Shown here: one piece after another, positions 26,165-36,048 of the stretch
Layout: each line of letters begins with the position of its first letter
Position numbering within the stretch: position 1 is the stretch's first letter
Assembly: GCA_977016875.1 (NCBI GenBank)
Contig: CDRNST010000070.1
Location: 744,001-808,000 of the forward strand
From: Pavona decussata
Taxonomy: Eukaryota
DNA length: 64,000 nucleotides
Direction: 5' to 3'
Made by a program: the position numbers and the translations under genes
The notes under the pieces: model-generated
Databases searched by the model: none
Told to the model about the DNA's origin: nothing
What the model saw: only the letters and a program-made list of their open reading frames with translations

Positions 26165-28863
26165 CTAAATTGTAGCAGCAGCTGCAGCTAATCCGTGCTC
26201 AAAATAGTTAGCAAAGTACACCTTCTTTGTGAGCATGGAGAGTTGACATGAAATCTGCTTGCACCCACCAGGCACTGTGTACTCCCTGCACATAGAATTG
26301 TTGACTCTGGTCAGCATTGTCATCAAATCTTCTTTGTGAGAGTATTTCTGGAAAACCTGCACCAAACAGGAAATAAACCAGGAGCCCAGCATCTTTCCAT
26401 GAGCTGCCGCAACCCTCTTATTGTCTGTGAATCGTCGATGGGATACATACCCCCTTGTGGTAGAGTATGCAATTAAAAAATCTGCATCTGATGGCAATTT
26501 CACAGGCATCTCTTCTATATTATCACCAGCATCTGGGTAAACATGGCATGGTCCTCTCTTGACTACATAACCATCATCGTCGACATCACCCCTACAGGCC
26601 TGAAGGAAGAATAGTTTGGGTTTTGTTGCTAGTTGGGGGCATGTGCCACCTTGAAATTTGGCTGTTATGTCGTCGACTGGTACTGTTTGGCTGTCTGATG
26701 CCAAGATACCCTCTTCATTTCCATGGCTCATTATAATGCAGATAAAACTGTCATGATCAACTATAAAAGCAAACCAAATTGACAAGCACTTAAATTTTAA
26801 AGTGATACCACATTGAACTATGTTAAGGCAGATATAAATTATGCTTATATAATGTTCTCCCTTATTTCTTGAAATACCAAATTCTTGCAGCTCAATATTG
26901 AGCCATCTGTTTTGCTTTCTCCATAATCTTTGATTAAATTGAAGCACTGATTAATACATTAAAGACAGGAGAAGCTATCCCTTTTATAGGGTGGATCCTA
27001 ATAGAGTAGAGTTTTCAGACAAACAAGTGAAATTTGTCAAGGACCACATGAGCTGACGATGTCTTCCTTACTTTGAAGGAGTTCACAGTGTACCCTTTCA
27101 AATGAATGAGAAAAGCACAAAGGAAGCTTTGGTGTGGGAGGTAGGGAGAGATGGCCTAATCCTCCCCCCCCCCCCCACCCCATCCTTCACCTTTCCTACA
27201 TTATCAAATGCAAAATAATACCGATAGTGAAATGTTACTGAGGTTTTTTTCCCAGGGAGGTACTCGGGTATAAATTTGATGGGGGGGAGGGGGGGTCCGA
27301 TGGAGCCTAATATTTTGCACCCAAAAAAATACATGGACCTTATATTGTGCACCCAAAAAAATACAAGATAATATAATATTCAATCATGCTTTCCGATCAT
27401 GCGGGAACTTTGGCTTGAATTGTGTGAACTATTACCCTGGCGGAAATTCGCACCCAAAAAAATACGCGCAGATTTGTTAGACCCCCAAAAATACATCTTC
27501 AACCCAAAAAAAATAAAGGAGTTGAAAATTTTAGACCCAAAAAAATATGTTGGACCCCCCCTCATCCCCTCCCGTCACGTTTATACCCGAGTATCCCCCC
27601 TGGGGTTTTTTTATGTTCTTTTACATATGATGCATGATTTGTCATTTCTATTTAGTTAATTATGCTTTGTCTGAAAGTCCTGTGATTTGTTTTTGTGTTT
27701 TTAAAGTTTGGGGGAGTAGAGGGCCCTTTTTAATAGGCTATGTTCCGGATAGCTTTTGTGTCTAATAATTTTCCCCACAAAAAACTCGCCCTCTCTAATA
27801 AATTCTGCCAAAATGAGGGTTGTTACCATTTTTGACCGTAGCGGAAGTATTCGGGTGTATTTGTAACGGGAGGTGCGAACCTGGGTTTGAGATCACAGAG
27901 ATGGGGGACTTTTGGAAAAAATTAACTGACGGGCTTTTTGAGGGGGATTAGGGTTTTTTATGTGGTAGTTCGTAAAAAAGAGACGTTAGAACATATCCAA
28001 CCTACCAAGTGATCCCTTCAGTCGAGTTTCCTCCAACACTTCCAACATTTTCTTTTTCGGCAAATCGAAACGCTCCACAACAGTTTTAAATCCAGCTTCT
28101 TTGACAAACGTTCTCACGTTGTCCCGATCGTGACTTGCACCATTTCTCGGCCGTGGGTCCCTTGTGAAGTAAAAGTTGACATTGTTTATGACTAAAACGT
28201 ACGGATTCTTTATTCCATCGTATGCTTCAACTACGGAGAGATGCCTTTGTCTGGCTAGAGCACGAAGAATGTTTCGATTTACGTCCATAGTAGGTTGAGC
28301 CGGAGCTGATGAGGGAGTATTCTCTGAAGTATTTGAGGTAGCGTCTGCTTGGTCCAAACAACTGAAATATCCTAATGTAAAGGAATCTGAAAAAAAAAAC
28401 AATCAAATATAATGAAATAATTGTCATTTGATTCGTAATATTTCTCTTTCACTTCCTAAGGAAACAAACATAAAAAATTATCATCCGTTCTTCGAACTAT
28501 TCTTGGATGTTGCAAAACGAATGTGTACTAAAATATTACGTAAATTGCAACAGTTGTACGCACGTGGTAATAAGAAACAGAAATATTCAACAAATCCTCC
28601 TCGCGCTTGTGCATTTCCTGATTTGCAGACTTACCAATTTTTCCCCCCGTTTGGGCATTCCTGTCTATAAAGTTAAAACTGCGAGCTCCTTGTGACTTTT
28701 CACTTCGCTGCAACTTACTGACGCATTGACAATCCATTCCTCCGAGCGCCGAGCAATCGCAAAGGCGAAATCGTTCTAAAAGTTCTTGGGCTCTGTGTAT
28801 TTTGTCACAGGCATATCGTAGACAAACCGTTCTGGTTATAGACCTGCAGCGCTCTGTATCCAT
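26165..28863 (-). CDS. Caspase (peptidase C14A), copy 1, 3 exons (28863-28635, 28386-28006, 26760-26165), ~401 aa
   Basis: Motifs VLVINNVNF, RNGA..D, IMSHG (catalytic His), KPKLFFLQACRG (catalytic Cys), ADFLIAYST, GSWFI and SMLTKK. The exons join with phase-1 GT-AG introns (1206 nt). Exon 1 is inferred from its ATG plus the donor ATTG|gtaagt. Confidence 0.88.
27251..27604. mobile_element. MITE in caspase copy 1 intron, 8-bp TSD GTTTTTTT
   Basis: TIRs CCCAGGG..TACTCGGGTATAAA, subterminal ACCCAAAAAAATA repeats. Empty site at ~35313-35320. Confidence 0.85.
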
Positions 28864-28946
28864 CGTTATATAAATTTCTCAGTAAAATTTGTTCACCGAG
28901 TTCTGAGTTATAAACCCCGGGGTTTAAACCAGTATAATGTTACATA

Positions 28947-29007
28947 CCGGAAGTGGTTGCTAGGTGTTTTCGCATTGGATGCAACCGGAAGCTTTAGTGC
29001 CGGAAGT
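28947..29007. promoter_or_regulatory. Cluster of three ETS-type CCGGAAG(T) motifs upstream of caspase copy 1
   Basis: CCGGAAGT at 28947, CCGGAAG at 28985 and CCGGAAGT at 29000, about 85-145 bp upstream of the minus-strand ATG at 28863. Confidence 0.5.
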
Positions 29008-30806
29008 CAAAATACCTTCAACGTCACTCCTTCTTTTCAGTCCTGTTATTTCTTTTCTTTTCTTTTTTTTTTTTTTTTGAAAAGAAAATCACACGCGTTA
29101 AGAACTTAAGCCAACCTTTTTTCCTAACATCTTGACAGTTAAATTTCTTTTTTGGGCCTAAATGATGTCAATACGTTACGGGTAAGTCCCAGTATACATG
29201 CTATCTGATTGAATTGAACCGTGGAAGAGCGTTTCAGACAACTGAATGGCGGACACTATAATACATCCGTTTTATCTTCATAGCTGAACGGCACGTGATC
29301 GACGGCTTCGAAACCAGTTATTTTCAGTTTCTGAGACATGATGTTGTTTCCATCTCACAAACTGGCACGTTTTCGCAAATAAAGATTATCACGAGTGATT
29401 ATTTCTAGTGATAAATATACTAACTTGCGAGTGACAACTTGACACAAAAGTTTGTTAGTTGACGTTCGATTCAGGGGTTTAACGTTTGTATTCAGAAGTT
29501 TAACTTGCTTCCTTTCACCGCTTTCGTAAAGTAATAAATCTCTAAAATTTGGGTGGAACGTTGGTAATTGTAATCTTTAAGTACTTAGTACCGGTTTAAG
29601 TGACTCATGTGGAAGTGGACTTTCGAAAGAGGTTCAGAAGTAGTACAACTTTTACTTTGGGGTTTGATGTAACGATCTTTCAACTTTTAACTGTTGTAGT
29701 CTATGGCTACCTCCCTATCAAGGATCGTCCTCCACGCAAGTGCTGCATTTTGAATCCTTTCATAGTACAAGAATCCAGCTTGTGGATTCATATTCATTTC
29801 CTCTTAAGTTAGTTTGGGGCAACTGATTGTACATCGGGCACCAAATCTGTCAATCCTCAACCGTACACTTGTAAAATAATTTAGCTCTGACTTATGAGGA
29901 CGTCGGTGCAGTTACCTTGTTACTTGTTTTTATTTTTATCCGAGTTCAGAAATATCATGATGAAATCGTAGAAAACTTAGAAGCCCCGATCAAAATATAG
30001 TAGCCAGAAGACATGAAGACATGATAATGTATACAGACAGGAACGGAACAGGATTGACCTTAATATTTGTTCAAAATTCTCCACCCATGACCTCAGGTGT
30101 GATGGAATGTTTGGAGCTTTGTATCCAAACAAGATTATGTTGACATTTCGTTGGGTGGTTCTTTCCCAGAATTACATCCATTTTACGTAAGCGGCAAGCT
30201 TCTTATGTGATCGAACGTATTATCTTCTTAGTACGTGCACGTTCTACGGGGATAAATAAATTACTTACTTACTTTAAATAGTATAACATAAAGGAGACCT
30301 CACACTCTTTATGGCGTCATAAATAATTCACCAAAACTGTTCAAAGAGCCTGTGTACTTCAGACTTTAGTTATAAACGAATGACGCGCAAGTTGTTACAC
30401 TGCAGACAAATATTGCAGAAATCTTACCGGGAAGTAGAATTTGGAGCAGAACTGTTCAATTGTAATACGGTTCAATGGCTTAATGGTAATCACGGAGACT
30501 GACTCGCGAACTGTTATGGAAACCTAAAAGCTGGGAACCAGACTTTTACCTTTTTATGGAAGCTTGAGTGCGTCAGCGATCAAAGACAAAGTCAGAGGTA
30601 TAACTTCATAGAGTTTCATAAATCTGTTCCGGTGTATCGCGGCTGGCCGTTATATATTTTACTCCTGCGCACGGAATCTTTATTTTGCTTTCCGTTCACA
30701 GCAGTTTGTGTAGCCACCCTTTAAAATTTCATTTTCTATTTTCTGATACCTCTCACCCAATCTACGCTGAAATAAAAGATTCCATTACGTTATTCTTGCA
30801 AAAAAC

Positions 30807-30837
<31 letters not shown>

Positions 30838-32037
30838 CAGTCAAAATTCGTGCGCGTGCTCGCGCGCGCCTCTCGCGCGTGGGTTTGATAATACTCCCCC
30901 GGACCCCAAATGAAGGACCAAGCACTCGATAAGCAATCTTTTGTGTGAGTTCCATCATTGTATAACAGCAGGAGCATAGTTAAGCACAACGCAAAAATGA
31001 AGCAGTCATCCTGTATAAATGTCTTCTTTTATTATTATATTACCATTAACTGTGCGAAAGTGTTAAGAAGGTGCTAAGCATGAGGTCAAATTATTAAATT
31101 ACCCTTGGTTTGTCACGGGATCCTAGCTCAGTTCTCTGCTGGACTGCTGATAACAAAGACCTACCAGACTGCATGTACTGACAGTAAAGATTCTTCCTAT
31201 GGGAAGGGTAAAGAAGTGTATTAAATTGCAGTGATAAAACCCCAGAGAAAACAAAGAGATCAATGAAGCGAAAGAGTTTTTAAGTGGCACTTCCGGTAGG
31301 AGGCTCTTGTGACTGCCGTCGATATTAGCGTGAAATCGAACGAAATTCAATATGTAAGAGTTTGACCCGAGCTAGGTAAACGAGGGTTTAATATTACACT
31401 GTGCTTTGGCAAACGTCACGTTTTTTCAGAACTGTTAATTAAACACCAATAATCATATTTGTATATGTGTTAAACTGCGGTCAGATAGCGGAGCAACAAA
31501 CAAACATATACTATAGCAAAGAACAAAGCCAGCACCCCGGGGAAAACATTTAAAGAACGAAAGTTTGCGCTGCGTGAGTTATCTGTCTGAAAAAGAAATA
31601 AACCGTTTTGTTCAACATCAAATGTTGTTCGCAACAAGAGTGCAACATATAATTCGCTTGTCCGCTTCAGCTAAACGCCAATTCTCAGACGTTCCCTGGT
31701 CGAGACGAGGCATCGGCAACAAAGACAACGTGGACAGTTCATTGTATGCTAAGCAATCGTCCAATAAAGGATTTTAAATAAACCATGTGTCATTAACAAT
31801 TAATTTTTAGTCGAAGCTTCTAAAATTTTGACTTTTAAGACCCCCCTCCCCCCTAGGAATTTCTGATGACCTTCCATGGGGTGGGTGTGAAATTTTCGGG
31901 AACTGCACAATTGCCCTTTGCGATAAATATGGACCTGAATCTCTCTTACTAGCAGCTCTAATTACCTTGAGAAAACAAAAAGCTTAGGATTCTGGAAGCT
32001 GTGGTCAAATGATACCATAATGGCATTGTCCTATTGG

Positions 32038-33105
32038 CCAGGCGTAGTCAATCGATAGAAATCGATATCGGAAATCAATCGATACCATCGATATCAATCC
32101 GTGATTGATATCGATTGATAACGGTAATCGATAACAATCGAACTCCCAGAAAAAATTTATTATCGACTTTTATCGATTGAGATAATGGATAATAATCGAT
32201 AACAATTACTAATTCCAGGGAGTCTCTGGAGAAGTATTCGTTTCAAAGATGGCGTTACTATTTAGTAAAGAATACGAGACCCGCGTTCAAATGGTAAAAC
32301 ATTTTATTATTTCAGCAGGTAGTTCTTGGTTTGGGGTTTTAAAATATTTTAACTTGGCCATTCATCCCAGCGCTGTCGATTGCATCTTGCATCTCCTTTA
32401 TGGCGCTCTCCAAGCACTTCCAAACAATAATATATCACAATTCGCGAGTCGAGCCTTTATTTTATGACGACGAAAAACACAGAAAATTACTTCTTCTTTT
32501 ACATCTGTTCTTCCTAATCAATATTTAGGGAGCAAAAGTGATTACTTCTGTGCTACTGGATTATTTTTTATTTCTTGCTTGCTCTGCCATTTCGCTTCTT
32601 TCTTATTGTAATTAACTGAAATTATAAAAAGACTGATTTTGTTGTTTATTTTGCTTCATATTTATGGCGTTGCTATAGCGAGACAAGAGGGTTGCACACC
32701 GCTACTTTGGTCGCAACTTCCTCTTCTTCTTTGAACCGCGCTGAAGCTTAACATCGATAAAAATACCAAATTATTTCTGTTATTGTTCTTGTTCTTTTAG
32801 TATCAGCTTGTTGATATTTGCATTGCATATATATCCACGATTGAATGACTCAATAAAACCATAAAAAAAATCGTGTCAATCTTTAACTTGTAGAGATTGA
32901 CAAAAATAGTTTCCAATAAAAATCGATAACAATCGATAAATCAATCCTTATCGATTTCCATCGGAGATCGATATCAATCGAACTCACAACTTTTTTTCTT
33001 TATCGATTCCTATCGAGTGGTATCGGAAATCGATATCAATCGAAGATTGATATCGATTGCTATTGACTGTTATCGATTATCGGTTTATCGATTGACTACA
33101 CCTGG
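32038..33105. mobile_element. 1068-bp non-autonomous TIR element with ATCGAT-rich subterminal arrays, 6-bp TSD TATTGG, only in unit 2
   Basis: TIRs CCAGGCGTAGTCAATCGATA / TATCGATTGACTACACCTGG. TSD at 32032-32037 and 33106-33111. Empty site TATTAG at 25831. Confidence 0.9.
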
Positions 33106-33503
33106 TATTGGTGTACCTTGGGTTAAATATTTTGATAATTTATTTGAGTAGCCAACAAAATGAGATTCTGGTGCCTTCCCCTTTAACCCCTAATATCAAA
33201 GAACAAATTCTCCTATCTTGTCCTCATACTTTTCTTATAAAAAGTACTGGGGAATAGTCATTTTTTTTTAAATATCCAGGAAATTCACCTTAGTTGATCA
33301 TTTCCTTAATTCTCGTGACCTCAGGGGTTGAATAAGCATTGATTTTAAAAAGGAGAAATTTGATCTTGATTACTCCTAGGGCTTAAAGGGTTAAGGAGGT
33401 GCTTTTAGATTTCTTATGATTATCTGCATCACTTCTGTATGAACGTCCTTCCTGAGTTTGAAGGATGACTACTTGAAGAAGTACAGTTGTTTTCTGAGTA
33501 TTT

Positions 33504-36048
33504 CTAAATTGTAGCAGCATCTGCAGCTAATCCTTGCTCAAAATAGTTAGCAAAGTACACCTTCTTTGTGAGCATGGAGAGTTGACATGAAATCTGCTTG
33601 CACCCACCAGGCATCGTGTACACCTTGCACATAGAATTGTTGACTCTGGTCAGCATTGTCATCAAATCTTCTTTGTGAGAGTATTTCTGGAAAACCTGCA
33701 CCAAACAGGAAATAAACCAGGAGCCCAGCATCTTTCCATGAGCCGCTGCATCCGTCTTTTTGGCTGTGTATCGTCGATATGATACATACCCCCTTGTGGT
33801 AGCATATGCAATTAAAAAATCTGCTTCTGATGGCAATTTCACGGGCATCTCTTCTATATCATCACCAGCATCTGGGTAAACATGGCCTGGCCCTCTGTTG
33901 ACTACATAACCATCATCGTCAACATCACCCCTGCAGGCCTGAAGGAAAAACAGCTTAGGTTTTGTTGCCAGTTGGGGGCACATGCCACCTTGAAATTTGG
34001 CTGTTATGTCGTCGACTGATACTGTTTGGCTGTCTGATGCCAAGATACCCTCTTCATTTCCATGGCTCATTATAATGCAGATGAAACTGTCGTTATCAAC
34101 TACAAAAGCAAACCAAATGGACAAGCATTTTTTAAAATTTTAAAATGATACCGCATTGAACTATTTAAGGCAGATATAAATTATAAATTATATTATTATG
34201 GGGGAGGGGGTAGGGAGAGAAGGACTCCCCCCATCCCATCCTCCACCTTCCCTTCATTATCAAATGCAAAATTAGAAAAACTTTTGAATGCAGAGGTCCA
34301 CACAATGCAGGAATTAAACTTGCTGCTAATTTTGCTGGATCTCTGTTGTGAAAGATCTCGTGTCAGGCGTCACTTGAACGTGAAAGTACAAAACTGAATG
34401 CAAGGCTGGCATTACGGCAAAGGGCAGATTTATTAGTGGCCAATATTTCCACTAATAGAATTAGTCTTCCTCAGGGCCAGAGCTATACTGAAGGAAAATA
34501 TAGTAACGGCTCCTTAAATTAAAGTTTGAAAAATACATGGAAAAAATGATTGGCTAATACATGACATGAAGACAGCGTAATTGTAAATCTGAGATAACAA
34601 AAATATAGAAGTGTATAATCAAGGTTCAGCGTTCGTTTTTTCTGTTAATGCCTTCTGGAGATAAAGTTTTCCCTCCCCGATCTATAAATTAGAAAAGCTT
34701 CGCGTGCCGGCGGGAGGCATTGATGGTGGGTTGTAGTTCGAGAGGGATGAGTCGCATGTCCGCAGAAGAGTGACCTGGTAAGTTGAAGTGTGTAGGGACT
34801 GGTGCTGTAGAGTCGGCGTGACGTGGGTTTAAGGAAGGCTTGTCTGTGTTCTGTGAACCTTTCACGGATCGTGCGTTTGGTTTCCCCTACATACTGTTTT
34901 TTACATTTTTTACATTCAATCATACATGTAAGGTTAGTAAAATTACAGGTTATATGTTGTTTTATTTGTCTTGTTTCGCCGGTGTTGCTAAAAGTGTACG
35001 AAGTTCTTGCATTGTCAATGTAAGAGCAAGTGAGACATCCATGAGTGGAGTTGCAGCGGAAAGTGCCAGTGGTGAACATAATCATGATAAAGATAAATCC
35101 AACTCCCCAGTCCCCTTCACGATCACTTATAACCCAGCACTACCTAATATTCAAGAAATACGTCACAGGAAACAACCTATTCTCAACTCCACAGATCGCC
35201 TTCAAAAAATATTCAAAGATAAACCATTCATCGCTTACCGTCGTTCACCAAACCTTCGCGACCTTTTGGTTCGAGCAAAATTAGACTCATACAGTATGAA
35301 ATGTTACAGAGGGTTTTTTTACGTTCTTCTACATTTGATGCTTGATTTGTCATTTCTACTCAGTTAATTAACTTTATCTGGACGTCCTGTGATTTGTGAA
35401 TTTAAAACCAATTTTGTGTTATTTTTTCAAAGTTTGGGGGAGTAGAGGGCCCTTTTAGGCTATGTTCCGGATAGCTTTTGTGTCTAATAATTTTTCTCCA
35501 CAAAAAACTCGCCCTCTCTAATAAATTCTGCCAAAATGAGGGCTGTTACTGTTTTTGGCCGTGGTGGAAGTATTCGGGTGTATTTGTAACAGGAGGTGTG
35601 AAGTGATGAGGGACTTTTGGCAACCTCGTTCCCAGGGAAGAAGAGAGACCCTGGGAACGAGGTTGGACTTTTGGGTTGAAAATTAACTAATGGGCTTTTT
35701 GAGGGGAATTACGGTTTTTATGGGGTAGTTCGTAAAAAAGAGACGTTAGAACATATCCAACCTACCAAGTGATGCCATCAATCGAGTTTCCTCCAACACT
35801 TCCAACATCTTCTTTTTCGGCAAATCGAAACGCTCCACAACAGTTTTAAATCCAGCTTCTTTGACAAACGTTCTCAAGTTGTCTCGATCGTGACTTGCAC
35901 CATTTCTCGGCCGTGGGTCGATGTTAAAGGGAAAGTTGACATTGTTTATGACTAAAACGTACGGATTCTTTATTCCATCGTATGCTTCAACTACTGACAG
36001 ATGCCTTTGTCTGGCTAGACCACGAAGAATGTTTCGATTTACGTCCAT
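33504..36048 (-). CDS. Caspase copy 2, N-terminally truncated (36048-35766, 34099-33504), ~292 aa from an internal ATG; may be a pseudogene
   Basis: SHG and QACRG are intact and the frame is open from MDVNRN to the stop. The exon-1 homolog is deleted, and the exon-2 homolog (36117-35766) is 29 nt shorter than in copy 1, upstream of the ATG. Confidence 0.72.
34277..35274 (-). mobile_element. 5'-truncated, internally inverted Penelope-like retroelement in caspase copy 2 intron
   Basis: The minus strand encodes the GIY-YIG region (CLTC...ITCNFTNLTCMIECKKCKKQYVGETKRTIRERFTEH). The plus strand encodes the adjacent linker (ITYNPALPNI...PFIAYRRSPNLRDLLVRAK). Flanked by GCAAAATTAGA direct repeats. 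Absent from copy 1. Confidence 0.85.
34437..34479 (-). ncRNA. Minimal hammerhead ribozyme-like motif in the Penelope terminal repeat (stem II closing pair mutated)
   Basis: Minus strand reads TGGCC CTGAGGA AGACTAAT-TCT-ATTAGTG GAAA TATT GGCCA. Confidence 0.55.
35621..35665. mobile_element. 45-bp mini-MITE with 9-bp TSD GACTTTTGG (Mutator-like TSD length), only in unit 2
   Basis: TIRs CAACCTCGTTCCCAGGG / CCCTGGGAACGAGGTTG. TSD at 35612-35620 and 35666-35674. Single site at ~27906 in unit 1. Confidence 0.85.

Noticed and set aside
29600-31777. Short ORFs repeated in both duplication units (e.g. MTHVEVDF..., MCLTMLLL..., MRCVSYLS...)
   Set aside because: They recur only because of the duplication. 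They have non-ATG starts, frame-changing indels between copies and no domain similarity.
32041-33100. ATCGAT-rich short repeats resembling a CRISPR array or iterons
   Set aside because: No constant repeat-spacer period. They are subterminal repeats of a TIR element in eukaryotic DNA.
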